A stretch of DNA of 63,944 nucleotides from Octopus bimaculoides (Eukaryota): the NCBI RefSeq assembly GCF_001194135.2, contig NC_068988.1:54648533-54712476 (forward strand), written 5' to 3'. A program made the position numbers and the translations under genes. This document shows positions 1 to 12,775 of the stretch, in pieces. How positions within the stretch are numbered: the stretch's first letter is position 1; every line of letters begins with the position of its first letter. The notes under the pieces are model-generated. The model was not told where the DNA came from. It worked only from the letters and a program-made list of their open reading frames with translations, and did no database searches.

Positions 1-153
1 TGGTAAGAGCAAGTGTATACCATCTACTACAAGTGTACACATGCATTGGCACAAAATACGCCCACCTCTAAGCACTAGAAAAAGCATGTGTGTTTATGTG
101 TATATGTGTGTGTATAAATATTATATACATGTATGTATGTATCTATCTATATA

Positions 154-202
<49 letters not shown>

Positions 203-984
203 TACAAATTCACACGCATGCACACAATGAAACACACCCATAAGAGAGGGAGAGAGAGAGGAAGACAGAAAAAGTGAGAGGGCATAGAGAGAAGAATACA
301 CTCTGCTATTGACTCAAATACTTGCACCAAGTTATATACAAAAGCTCTGTGTTACTTGGTAGCTTTGTATAATATATAGTTATAGTTATTTTTGCAGTAT
401 GTTGCTATTTAATAAGGAACTCTCTGACCGTGTTTATTCTATGAAGAATAATTATTTCCTCATGACTTCATTTACTTATTGTTAATATCTTCTCAATATA
501 TCAGACCTTGAGAGAAAATAGAACATTGACTCTGTGTCTTTTCATAATAGTCATCTGGTTATATTGCAGAATGATCTCTTCAATCAATAGTAAATTTTGA
601 TAATATAATAGTGTGAGGGTAGGTATGGTAGATCGCCAGACTAAATAATAAATGTCTTGCAGGATTTAGTTTCGTCCCCAATTTTTTAATATTATTTATT
701 TATTTATTTTGTTTTTGTTCTCACTTTTACAAACCACAAATTTCTTACACACTGGGTAAATCCGCTCCCATTTACAACCACATACTGTGATGATGTAAAT
801 GCATTATATGAATGTGTATGTATGTGTATGCACACATAGGTATACATGCATGTGTATACATACATATATTAGTTTTATTAAAACGGAAGCTGAAAGTTTT
901 AATAAAAAGAGCCATATCTTCTACAACATGAATTGAGCACTCCTTTCTCATTCGTCCAATATTAAGCGACAAACACGCTTGCCT

Positions 985-1028
985 CTCTCTCCCTCCCTCT
1001 CCCTCCCTCCCTCTCTCTCTCTCTCTCC

Positions 1029-1064
<36 letters not shown>

Positions 1065-1173
1065 GTATGCATATTATATTGACACATGTATATGTATATG
1101 TATATATACATATATATATGTATACATGTGTATATATATGTGTGTGTGTATGTGTATATATATATATATATAC

Positions 1174-1222
<49 letters not shown>

Positions 1223-1290
1223 CATACGTGTATGTATATATATATGTATACGTGTATGTGTGTGTATGTATATATATGTGTGTTTATATA
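985..1290. repeat. Compound (CT)n/(TA)n/(TATG)n microsatellite
   Basis: Read directly; source of many spurious ORFs. Confidence 0.95.
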
Positions 1291-1619
1291 TATACAGATA
1301 AGGAAATTATTTTATTCTTAAACGCAAGATAATGTTAATAATATAGCATGAACAGGATAAATTATCCATATTTTGCAGAAAAACCTTTTCGCAGCTGTTT
1401 ATGTGCATGGTTGTATTTAATTACTCAAATGTGCAGATAAATTTATAGGGATTCCTTAGTTAAATACAAGGTCACACATTTTAAGAGAGTAAACAGGCGA
1501 TAAAATCAACCATCTCTATTCCTTGTAGTTGACTGGTACTTTATCCATTTCCCATATAAGGATGAAGGCAAAATTGACCTCACTATGATCCAAATTCAAA
1601 ACACATTTTTTATACTCAT

Positions 1620-1795
1620 ACCCAGGAGTAGTTAAGATGATTACATCAACCCCAGTGCTCAACTAGTACTTATTTTATTGAGCCTGAAAAGATAAAAGGC
1701 AACGTTGACTTTGACAGAATTTGAACTCAGAACGTAAGGATGGATGAAATACTGCTAAGCATTTCTCCCAGCATGCTAACGATTCTGCCACACCA
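1620..1795 (-). mobile_element. Family B SINE
   Basis: Reverse complement of the family B head and core. Confidence 0.8.
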
Positions 1796-2341
1796 ATAAG
1801 CGATTGTTATTGTTAGTCAAAATATGTTGTTCATTGTTTAGTGCCCTGGTCTATTCTGATTGAACTGACCAGTAGTCAAAGGCTCTCCACCCATGCCTAT
1901 CATCTCCTTCTCTCAAGTATATCTACTAGGTCTACATGATTCAGTGTACCCCTATTTTTTGAGGCAGTAGGATGTAAGTTGAAGTAGATTTGATTGCTAC
2001 TTTTAGCAGATAAATGGACCCCCTAAAGGCTCTTTCATTAATTCATAGAAGCTATTGTTAGTGAAAACATACATAATGGAGTGAATGAAGTTTTTGCAAA
2101 TGGAATCTACAAAACTAATTTTGATTCCTCTTTGGAACATCTCTCCAGGCATAATTTTTCACATGTAATTACATACATTGGTATACACACAGTTTCTACA
2201 TCTTTCATTCATTTCACTTATGTCTGTTCCCTTTCTCATCATCATCAGCACCATCATTGTCATCACCTTATTTCTACCATCACCACCAACACTTTTTTTT
2301 TTATCTTGTCATTTTCCATATCAGGATTTTTTTTTTTTAAT

Positions 2342-2362
2342 ATGCTATCAGAAGTGAGTCAG
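2342..2362 (+). CDS. Candidate first coding segment MLSEVSQ (or 11-nt microexon 2352-2362)
   Basis: Consensus donor CAG|gtgagt at 2363. ATG at 2342 is in phase 0 with exon 13419. An AG at 2350-2351 after a poly-T tract allows the microexon reading. Confidence 0.3.
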
Positions 2363-2384
2363 GTGAGTCACTTTGACCACAACA

Positions 2385-2398
2385 GTTGCCATGGAAAC
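2385..2398. promoter_or_regulatory. RFX X-box-like palindrome GTTGCCATGGAAAC
   Basis: One mismatch from the symmetric X-box GTTGCCATGGCAAC, in non-repetitive sequence. The core 12-mer TTGCCATGGAAA recurs at 2890-2901. Confidence 0.3.
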
Positions 2399-2682
2399 TC
2401 TGCAATGATGTGATAACATGTAAATTGAGAACATGCGAAACAAGTTTTGGCTTCATGGCAAAATGTCTTTCTTTTTTTTTAATTTCATTTTCACCAAATA
2501 CAATGTTTAAATGATGCAGTAACCGAATGATTATTGATGATGCATTGTGTTATTGGTGTTGTTGAGTCTTTGGTCAACCCTTACATAGCAGACCTATGAT
2601 AGAACATGTTTCACATGTAATCACCCTATCCAAATTTAATATATCTAGGACTACATTATATTGTATTCTTCAATGAGTTCAA

Positions 2683-2875
2683 CTCTTGAGCGTTCAGATT
2701 ACTCTGCCAATGCAATGCTTATTTATTCACAATTTTGAATTAATCCAGCATTATTTCATAGCTTTGGGATTTTGATAGTGTGATTGTTTATTTTTAGAAT
2801 GACATTGTAGGGTAGGTGTGAGAGGCCAGATCTAACCAGTTTGAGCCAGATATGGCCAGTTCGGGTGCTAACAGG
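2683..2875 (+). mobile_element. TTAA MITE copy
   Basis: Same body (gtagggtaggtgtgagaggccagatct), ending in ttaa. Confidence 0.72.
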
Positions 2876-3104
2876 TTAAGTGCAAGGGTTTGCCATGGAA
2901 ATCAACTGTAAGTAATGTTTTGATGTTTACCTGAAACCTCCTGGCATCTGGTTTGCAGAGCTTTTGATTAGCAGCACTTGCACAAGCAAGTTGTATGCAA
3001 GTCTTTGTGTTAATCTCACACTTTGATATCACTTCTCGTTCTTTGAAGTGGTAAAGTCTCATTTTGGTATCATTACCCACACTAAAGTTATGAACTGGCA
3101 GAAT

Positions 3105-3330
3105 TGTTGGCACGAGCTGGCAGAAACGTTAGCATGCCGGGCGAAATGCTTAGCGGTATTTCGTCTGCTACTGTGTTCTGAGTTCAAATTCCGCCGAGAT
3201 CGACTTTGCCTTTCATCCTTTCGGGGTCGATTAAATAAGTACCAGTTGTGCACTGGGGTTGATGTAATTGACTTAATCTCTTTGTCTGTCCCTGTTTGTC
3301 CCCTCTATGTTTAGCTCCTGGTGGGCAATA
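3105..3330 (+). mobile_element. tRNA-derived SINE family B (core gactttgcctttcatcctttcggggtcgattaaataagtaccag; Nin-domain-like by recollection)
   Basis: gagctggcagaaacgttagc head, gagttcaaattcc B-box-like motif, conserved core. A second copy follows at about 3335-3535. Confidence 0.85.
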
Positions 3331-3578
3331 AAGAAATAAGAATTGTTAGCACATTGGACAAAATGCTTTGCAGCATTTTGTCTGTATTTACATTCACAGT
3401 TCAAATTTTGCCAAGGGCAACTTTGCCTTTTATCCTTCAGGGTTGATGAAATAAGTACCAGTTGTGTACTGGGGGTCAGTGAAATCAACTAGCTGTCTTC
3501 CTTGAAATTTCAGGTCTTGTGCCTATAGTAAAAAGGATATTGTTACCCTCACTTTGACATGGCAAGATCTCACTTGAA

Positions 3579-3796
3579 CCCTTTAGTTACTATATTTCAT
3601 CGAAATATATCACCTTCATCTCAATTACTTTTGAAAATGATGAAGAATTTATTAAAATATCTCTGTCATTTAGCTGGTGTTTGGAGCAAAAATTAGCATA
3701 AAATTTTGATGAAAGCTTTTAATTTAAATCACCTTAAAACCGCAAGTTTGTATCCTAGATCTAGAGATTGTCTCAGGCATGTTTGTATCAAAAGAG
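3579..3796. mobile_element. Possible second TTAA-type MITE
   Basis: ccctttagttac...gtatcaaaagag|ttaa; weak TIR match. Confidence 0.4.
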
Positions 3797-4309
3797 TTAA
3801 AAGAGACACTCATTTAGAATTATAGATACCCCCAAAAAATAACAACTACTAATTTGATGTTCCTTATGTTGAACAGTAGTTTCTCCTCTTATCAGTTTAA
3901 TGTCAGTAGCTCATTATCACTGGATTATTATTTATCAATTAGCTGTCTCATTAAGCATTTGCCATTTTGTACTAGGCTCTCAGAATGTGATTGCAGGATG
4001 TCAACTATAGCCTAGATCTTATAACATTAATTTCTGACTTTGTGATCTAGAATTAGGTTATGTTCATAATTGCTCCTTATTAACTCTTTAATAGAGAAAT
4101 AAGACACTATAATAAATGTGTGTTTGTGTAAGTTGAGACAGTCTGAAGAGTAGTAAATAAAATGCATTGCAGATTAGTTGGCAGTAGGTAAACCTCAGAA
4201 AACTTGTGGTAGAAAACATTTATGACAACCCTGAAGACATTAGACTGTACTCCTTGCATATGAAAAGGGTACTGTAACCCTTTCATCATCTGACACAAGT
4301 TCCCCTCCT

Positions 4310-4612
4310 CAAATGCCCTGCCAGTGTTGGTGCCACATTAGAAGCATCCAGTCCACACTGTAATATGGTTGGTGTTTGGAAAGGCATCCAGCTGTAAAAA
4401 TCGTGCCAAAACTAACCTCACCTGTACTAGTGCCATGTAAAAAGCACTGAGTCCACTCTGTGGGGCGGTTGGTGTTAGGAAGGGCATCCAACCATAAAAT
4501 CCTTGCCAAAACAGGCTCAGTAACTTAAGGTAGTTTTTCTACCTGACTGCCTCCTGTCGACTGTCCTACCCATGCATGCATGGAAGATGAACTTAAATGA
4601 TGATGATGATGA
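4310..4612 (+). mobile_element. Non-autonomous RTE-tailed element, family D, with an internal ~100-bp duplication
   Basis: gtgccac.taaaaagca...ggaagggcatcca motif twice; tail cccatgcatgcatggaa...ttaaatgatgatgat. Confidence 0.7.
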
Positions 4613-4669
4613 TGAACACACTATTTATGCTCAGATAAAATATTGTAAATACAATATTTTTATAATGAA

Positions 4670-5150
4670 ATGATTGGCATAAAAAGTGGAGGCCATGGTT
4701 GAATTCCAGCAATCTTACATCACTTGTAACTTGAAGGAGACTGTATCTGATGATAAGTAGATTTAAGTGGATTGGGCACCGTTGGTCTGAGTCTGAGTAC
4801 TGATTCTCTGCTCCAATCATACTCATTAGCATAGAACTATTCACAAAATCATCCCAGCTCCTTGCCCACAGACATGGTGTCTCCTCACTCTGCCTGTTCC
4901 AAACACTACTTTGAACAACCACTACTGCTTCATGGGACCGACTGGTATTCTCATTTCTTCTCAAGTGTACTTGGTTCACTTGACTCCAGTTATTACTTAT
5001 TATATGTTTATCCTTCCCTAGACCATCTCATGTAGCTTCACAAATCACTCAATCCAATCTTCATTCCTAAAACTTTGGCCTATCTGGAATATCCTCCCTG
5101 TCTACATTTTTTTCCTGCAGTTGTCCAAGAACATCAACCACCTTAATTTC
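4670..5150 (+). mobile_element. Decayed L2/CR1-group LINE C-terminal region
   Basis: Remnants LAHRHGVSSLCLF..HYF and FIPKTL.IWNILP.YIFPA..KNINHL resemble the group's SHRR..SLF and RLWNSLP...F..N motifs; frameshifted. Confidence 0.6.
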
Positions 5151-5734
5151 TCTGAAATGGTATGCGGTTAAAAAGTTTACGTTGATCTTCCTTCAAATTC
5201 TCCCTATCAAATCTACTCATTAGTCTTTGGTCAGCCTATGGCCACATTAGAAGGTGCTTGCTTAAGGTGCCATGCAGTAGGTTTGAACACAGAACCATGT
5301 GGTTGAGAAGTGAACTTCTTAATGTGGGTAAAATTTCATCTGTGTGTGAGTATGTTCTCCTCCCTAGCCTTAAATTTATTAATTCCAGGAGTATGATACA
5401 AATAATGTTAACACTACATCAGCATGTACCGAGTTTAGCTTGTCTCTCTGTCATGAAGACAATGAAATATTTTCTAAATATTTTGCTTAATATTTGTCAA
5501 GATGGCTATTGGGAATGGCGGATAAATTTATGTAATGGTTTTAATAGGACTCACATCTTTATTAATAAACTAATATTTCTGACCTAGAACTGTTTCATTT
5601 GTTGTGGTCATTCAACACTACAATTTCATTTTTGAAGTGTAGGAGAATCATAGACAAAGAGGGAATTCCAAGAGCACTGATAGTGGTTAGTACAGCATTT
5701 AAAGTTGACATAATGAGTATGAGAAGAGGAGAGA

Positions 5735-6050
5735 TCGTCATCATCATTTAATGTCTGCCTTCCATGCTAGCATGGGTGAGACGGTTTCACAAGAGCCGGA
5801 CAGGCTGAAGCCTGCACCAGAATTCTGTGACTGTTTTGGCAGGATTTTTACAGATGGATGCCCTTCATTAACACCAACCACTCAGCAGAGTGGACTTAAT
5901 GCTTTTTTTCATGGCATAAGGCAAGGTCAGTTTTGGTAAGGTTTTTACAGCTGGATGCCCTTCTGAACACCAACCAGTTTCCAGTGTGGACTGAGTGCTT
6001 TTAAGTGGCACCGGCATTGACAGGGTCACCAAATACTTGCAAGACAAAAA
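5735..6050 (-). mobile_element. Family D element
   Basis: catcatcatttaatgtctgccttccatgctagcatggg tail in reverse, with duplicated gctggatgccctt motif. Confidence 0.72.
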
Positions 6051-7119
6051 AAAAAAAAAAATCAACTTTCAAAAGGAGAGGAGGCATTGGAGGAGGTCAT
6101 CTTGTGTTGGATGATGAAAAGGTGATAGTGAGACAGATACAGGTGTCTTGCCGTAGAGGAAGTACAAGGTTACCTGGCTGGAGAAAGATCAGGAATGAAG
6201 ACAAAACAGCAAGATAGAGATGGTGGTAAAATGCCAGGCATTTGGAAAGTTATCAAGCTGTGAAAACTATGCCAGAGATGACACGAGAGTTTGACACAGC
6301 CCTACAGCTCATTGGTTCCCTGTCAAACCTTCCTACCCATGCTGGAAAGCAGACATTAAACGATGATGATGATCAGTTAAATTCTAGCTTATGTCAACTT
6401 AGCCTTTTATTCATCCAGGATACCATTCATAAACTGGAGTTGGTTCAGTCAATGATTTTATGCTAGTGTGAGAAAGCAATATCTGATATAACTTACCAAT
6501 CAACTACACCAGTCTGAAACTGAACTTTGTTTTAAGATGTAATACTTTTCAACTGCGTTATTGTAATATTCATTATAGATTCTACTTTCAGCTGATAATT
6601 ATTATATTTACATATTTCCCACCTTACCTCTTACCTGATTCTGCTTACTTTTGTCCTCTTGTTTTCTACACTCAGCCTTTCATTCAAATAATTCTATTTG
6701 AATTTGTTCTTTCCCAAAAGACTTTTCTATAGTTACTGCCAGATGGTGTTTTTATTTTTGTGGGGGTGAGGTATGGAAGCAGCAGGTAAGAAAGCAATGC
6801 AAATTTGATCCCCAGCTTTCTCTCCATGTGAAAGAAGGTTGAAGGCAACTATTGTTGGACTTATTAAAGACTCTTATTGAAAGCCTCATCAGTCTGATGC
6901 AACTCTTGAGCAGCCCCTTCCATTTCTGCCTTATTTGCATAGTAGACTTAGGGTGCAAGGTGTGTATTACGCTTCAGTCTTGGTTGGGTCCCTCGAAAGA
7001 GATATAGATTCTGAGTTACATTTTGCTTGAAGTAACTGTTACCTGATGCATTTAGTCAGCACAAAACTACTCCCCACTTTCTCATTGCTCTGGTCCCTTC
7101 CCCATGTCTTCACCTAGAA

Positions 7120-7457
7120 CAGTGGTTTTCAACTGGGGTCCATATTAAGATTTGCAGGGGTCCATGCAACAAAATAGTAAATTGGGGATCCACAATAGTA
7201 TTTTAATGGCCCCTGAAAAAATTTTGCTCTAGATGTAGGTATTGGTACATATTGCAAGAAACAGCTAAGTTTCTTTCTCTAACGTTTTACATAGTTCAAC
7301 CTACACAAGTTAATTGTGTGAAAAACAAAATAGGAATTTTGGAAGAAGTTTCTATAAAACTAGTTTTTGAACATTATGTGACTATAGGGGTCCACCAGAA
7401 TAGAATAGTAATCAAAGGGGTCCTCTGATAAAAAAAAAAAATGGTTGAGAATCCCTG
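7120..7457. mobile_element. hAT (Charlie-like) MITE
   Basis: TIRs cagtggttttcaac / gttgagaatccctg; 8-bp TSD acctagaa / acacagaa (6/8). Confidence 0.85.
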
Positions 7458-8559
7458 ACACAGAATATCAGTCCTAATATTTCACATCATCTAGTTTAGA
7501 GCACAAATTCTGCGAAAGACAGTTTTAAACTTGACCTGGTCTGTCTGTAATCAATGAATTAAGTACTAATAGTATATTGAATAGACAATATACTCATTTT
7601 AGTCAGAAAAAAGAAAGGTTAATTATGTAACTAATCAGAAGAAATCAATATTTCAAATATATCGGGGGAAAAAATTACCTTATCTCGTTATAGAATAAAA
7701 CCTTTCCCACGAAGTCAATATTCCCAACGTATGTTAATAGGGAGGAGACAATGCTATGACAGTATTGTTGATGATAATGATGATGGTGGTGACGATGATG
7801 TAGGTTAAGAGATGCAGTGATGAAATTGATTTCTTGTTCAGCTGTAACATGTACTTCTCTTTTTTCCCTCTTTCCTTTCTTTCTCACTGTCAATCTACCT
7901 TCATGTTACTTGGGCTGTCAGACACTTTAGTCCAGTCTCTTAAGAGAATATACTCTGTCTGTCTCTTTCTCTCTCTGCACAAAGCCATTGTTATTATGGA
8001 TGCTAATTGCTGGCTCTCACTAGTCACACAGGTTTCTTCCCTACCCTCCATCTTAAACATTCTCCTTAAAGATTAATGCTCACCGTGTCATATGTTTATT
8101 AATCCTTAAAATTACCTGGTTCCTCTTTAACATCTTATGATAATACTCACCACCACCTCCACTACTGCCATCATCACTATCACTATAAACAGGTTGTTGT
8201 CATTTTCATTCTTGTGTTTGTGTCTATTTCCTTCCGCCTCCAGTGTTTGTAAATGGTTGAATTAGTTTTTTTTTTGTGATTAATGGTTCAATTCTAATAG
8301 ATGGGTTTTTGAAATCATATTTACTGTAATTCTGAAATTTTGTATATTTTCTGAACATTATTTAAACACTATTTAGAACTGATTGGTATTTAAGATTAGC
8401 AGAATCAGTAGAGCTTCCAACAAGTTGCCATGCTGTATTTAATTACTGCCCTTAATGTTCTAAATTCAGATCCTAGAAAATATTTTTGAAAATGTATATT
8501 TTAAAACAAATTTGTTCAATTTTATTGATAGTTGCTACTGAATTTGTTGTTGGTGGTGG

Positions 8560-8717
8560 TGTTAAGGCGATGAACTGGCAGAATCATTACCACACCAAAC
8601 ATAATTTTTAGTAGCATTTCATCTGTCTCCATGTTCTGAGTTCAAATTCTACCAAGGTTGACTTTGCTTTCCATCCTTTTGTACTGATGTTGATATAACT
8701 GACTAGCCCCACCCCAC
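8560..8717 (+). mobile_element. Family B SINE (runs into a gap)
   Basis: gatgaactggcagaatc...ctgagttcaaattc...gactttgctttccatcc. Confidence 0.78.
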
Positions 8718-8784
8718 NNNNNNNNNNNNNNNNNNNNNNNNNNNNNNNNNNNNNNNNNNNAATAATATCAGACCTTGTGCTTAT

Positions 8785-9035
8785 AGTGGAAAATGTGGAG
8801 GCGCATAACTCAGTAGTCAGGGTGTTGGATTGTGGGTTCAATTCCTGGACCAGGTGGTGCATTGTGTTCTTGAGCAAAACTCTTCATTTCACATTGCTGC
8901 AGTCCACTCAGCTGGCGAAAATGAGTAATCCTGCGATGGGCCAACATCTCGTACAGGTGGGGAATATATATGCCCTGAAACTGGGAAACTGACCTTTATG
9001 AGTTGGTGTGACTTGAGAAGGTAACTTTACCCTAC
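8785..9035 (+). mobile_element. tRNA-derived SINE family C (core ttgagcaa..cacttt.tttcacattgctccagt.cactcagctg...aaatgagt)
   Basis: A-box-like ctcagtag, B-box ggttcaattcc; core shared with 48060-48310 and 57135-57434. Confidence 0.75.
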
Positions 9036-9111
9036 CTATTGTGGAAAGGATTATTATTATTATTATTATCATCATCATCATTATTATTATTGTTGTTGTT
9101 GTTGTTGTTGT

Positions 9112-9330
9112 AAAGGCAGTGAGCTGGCTGGATTTTTAGCACACCAGACAAAATGCTTAGGGGCATTTCGTTTATCCTTGCATTCTGAGTTCAAATTCTG
9201 CCAAGGTCAAATTTACCTTTCATCCTTTCGAAGTTGATGAAAAAATAAGCATCAGTGGAGTTCTGGGTCAATGTAATCAACTACCTCCACCGCCCAAGTT
9301 CCAGGTCTTGTGCCTGTAGTAAGAAAAGAT
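9112..9330 (+). mobile_element. Family B SINE with (ATT)n tail
   Basis: Head, core and tail present. Confidence 0.8.
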
Positions 9331-9341
9331 TATTATTATTA

Positions 9342-9376
<35 letters not shown>

Positions 9377-9914
9377 ATTGTTTTTTAAAACAATGAATTT
9401 AGAAGAGACTCACTAATGTGTGTAATGCCTCACCGATGTTTATTTAGTGTGCTAGGTAAAGTGTATTGCTGCTGTTGTCACTGTTCTTTCTATGATTGTT
9501 TATTTCCAAAGTGGGTTCAATCAATAACCTTCTTCATTGACCATTATAATAGCTTGGGCATTGTTTTATTGAGCCTTAATTTCCCACTGCCCCTTCTACT
9601 GATTAATATTGGTTCTGACTCATTCTGGTAATCTACCCCCCTCTCTCTCTCTCTCTCTCTCTCTCATTGTCTTTGTCACCATTCCACTAACACCTACTTC
9701 CATGTCTCTCCTCCCACCACTATTGCTTCCCTTCAATATATATATATATATATATCTCCCCCACTCCTTTTCTGTAAGCATGCACTCATTCACAAATGTA
9801 AGATACACACACTTCACACTCTTTAGCAAACCTACATGTAATCCAAATACACTTGTACATTCTCACACATTTGCATATTAATACAGATGCATACACATAG
9901 ATACACACCTACAC

Positions 9915-9915
9915 G

Positions 9916-9991
<76 letters not shown>
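9915..9991. repeat. (CA)n microsatellite abutting a gap
   Basis: Read directly. Confidence 0.95.
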
Positions 9992-10777
9992 NNNNNNNNN
10001 NNNNNNNNNNNNNNNNNNNNNNNNNNNNNNNNNNNNNNNNNNNNNNNNNNNNNNNNNNNNNNNNNNNNNNNNNNNNNNNNNNNNNNNNNNNNNNNNNNNN
10101 NNNNNNNNNNNNNNNNNNNNNNNNNNNNNNNNNNNNNNNNNNNNNNNNNNNNNNNNNNNNNNNNNNNNNNNNNNNNNNNNNNNNNNNNNNNNNNNNNNNN
10201 NNNNNNNNNNNNNNNNNNNNNNNNNNNNNNNNNNNNNNNNNNNNNNNNNNNNNNNNNNNNNNNNNNNNNNNNNNNNNNNNNNNNNNNNNNNNNNNNNNNN
10301 NNNNNNNNNNNNNNNNNNNNNNNNNNNNNNNNNNNNNNNNNNNNNNNNNNNNNNNNNNNNNNNNNNNNNNNNNNNNNNNNNNNNNNNNNNNNNNNNNNNN
10401 NNNNNNNNNNNNNNNNNNNNNNNNNNNNNNNNNNNNNNNNNNNNNNNNNNNNNNNNNNNNNNNNNNNNNNNNNNNNNNNNNNNNNNNNNNNNNNNNNNNN
10501 NNNNNNNNNNNNNNNNNNNNNNNNNNNNNNNNNNNNNNNNNNNNNNNNNNNNNNNNNNNNNNNNNNNNNNNNNNNNNNNNNNNNNNNNNNNNNNNNNNNN
10601 NNNNNNNNNNNNNNNNNNNNNNNNNNNNNNNNNNNNNNNNNNNNNNNNNNNNNNNNNNNNNNNNNNNNNNNNNNNNNNNNNNNNNNNNNNNNNNNNNNNN
10701 NNNNNNNNNNNNNNNNNNNNNNNNNNNNNNNNNNNNNNNNNNNNNNNNNNNNNNNNNNNNNNNNNNNNNNNNNNNNN
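9992..10777. other. Largest assembly gap; others at 8718-8760, 11409-11565, 12326-12498, 27833-28441, 50371-50458, 57435-57534, 60019-60200
   Basis: N runs, mostly flanked by microsatellites; small exons could be hidden in them. Confidence 0.99.
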
Positions 10778-11376
10778 CACCTTTACCACCACCTTTACCA
10801 CCACCACCACCACCACCACTAACAACAACAACGTTACTCCATTATCTCACCCCAGTTCTCTCACTACCAAGAACAATCACTACACCACTTTCACCCTATT
10901 GGTGCCAATTCCACTAATACATAATCCGCAATCACCCATCCAACATCATTTAACAGATGGTTATAGTATCCTTATACTCATCCTATACCTTACAATTACC
11001 AACCTTTATTATTATTATTATTATTATTATTCAAAATTTGGGAGCTTCAGGCAGATTTCTACTGCGTTACCTGCTACACCCTCATGTTGCTGGGAGATGT
11101 GCAGCATTATGTGTTCTTTTTTGTTGTTGGGTATTATTATAATTATTATCATTATGATTAATGTTGTTGTTATTTGGAGGGGGCTATTTATCAATGCCAG
11201 AAAAATACCTGTGGCAGGACAGTATGTTGGGCTGCTCTGACTTAGGGAAGACTCAACTCCATGTAGACTTCAGAGATTAGCAACAACACCAAGAATGGAC
11301 TTGTCTGTTCTTCAGAGATCTGTAGCAGGAAATAGCTAACACTCTTACTCATAGTTAACATTTTACTCCATGCTGT

Positions 11377-11408
<32 letters not shown>

Positions 11409-11574
11409 NNNNNNNNNNNNNNNNNNNNNNNNNNNNNNNNNNNNNNNNNNNNNNNNNNNNNNNNNNNNNNNNNNNNNNNNNNNNNNNNNNNNNNNNNNNN
11501 NNNNNNNNNNNNNNNNNNNNNNNNNNNNNNNNNNNNNNNNNNNNNNNNNNNNNNNNNNNNNNNNNATATATATT

Positions 11575-11609
<35 letters not shown>

Positions 11610-11842
11610 CGTTACTTTTCATAAAAAGCCTTTCCTTCTTTTTGATTTCCAATGTGCATTTTCTCTTATTTTTCTGCTTACTTTCCCCTTGCATTTCCGC
11701 GGGGGGTTAGGTGCAGGTGGGCCTTTTCTGTATATAGGCAACAATAAACCTACATACATTTAATCACTATTTTACATGGCTAACCAAATAGGTACTGCTC
11801 CAGATACCAGTGATATGGATTCCATAGTCCACTTAACATTGA

Positions 11843-11883
<41 letters not shown>

Positions 11884-11965
11884 ATTTTATATGTGTGTGG
11901 GAGGGCACATATAAATATATTCTGTATGCATAGATATTTTTCGGGGAAACATACCCACACACACA

Positions 11966-11996
<31 letters not shown>

Positions 11997-12263
11997 GAGA
12001 GAGAGGAGGAGGAGAAAGAAAATTTGTGAGCCAGAGGTTAATTTTGGTGTATTAATGGAATTAGTGTGACAGCATGTATGATTTGTAAGAGACTTGGCTG
12101 TTATATCTAACAGGTCAAGCATGCTAGCAAGAGCTACAATATAGATGGTCCCCTGTTGGAATGCAGTCAGTATTTGCTGCTGCCATTCATGGAATGTCAG
12201 TCTTAGATATCATATGTTTATACTATATGACCTGAAATAAAACTTATTTCACAGTCAGACTAA

Positions 12264-12305
<42 letters not shown>

Positions 12306-12775
12306 CCTCTCTCTCTCCCTCTCTCNNNNNNNNNNNNNNNNNNNNNNNNNNNNNNNNNNNNNNNNNNNNNNNNNNNNNNNNNNNNNNNNNNNNNNNNNNN
12401 NNNNNNNNNNNNNNNNNNNNNNNNNNNNNNNNNNNNNNNNNNNNNNNNNNNNNNNNNNNNNNNNNNNNNNNNNNNNNNNNNNNNNNNNNNNNNNNNNNTC
12501 TCTCTCTCTCTCTCTCTCTCTCTATTTGAAAACTTTTTTTTTATTTTTGCGATATTCTCTTTTTCTGTTATGATGCTATTTGTATTCAAGATGTTTTATA
12601 GGAATATAAATCAATCATAGTATTTAGCTAATATTCTATTTTCATCACCTCAGTTGGATTTGAATTCTGAATGTAAAGATCCATAAAGAAATACTGTAAA
12701 ACATTTTGTCCAACATGTTCCTTAGTTTTGCAATGTTCGTTATTTTGTGTTTCAAAAGCAGGAGCCATTCTAGAC

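Noticed and set aside
41-1332. ORFs rich in YI/HT/CV/RE dipeptides here and throughout the track
   Set aside because: They are translations of (TA)n, (CA)n and (GA)n microsatellites; ORFs containing X runs just span assembly gaps.
6743-6790. Donor CAG|gtaaga with upstream AGs
   Set aside because: Frames give stops or phases incompatible with exon 13419.
7704-7711. Su(H)/CSL site TTCCCACG
   Set aside because: A single 8-mer without a paired inverted site is expected by chance in 64 kb.
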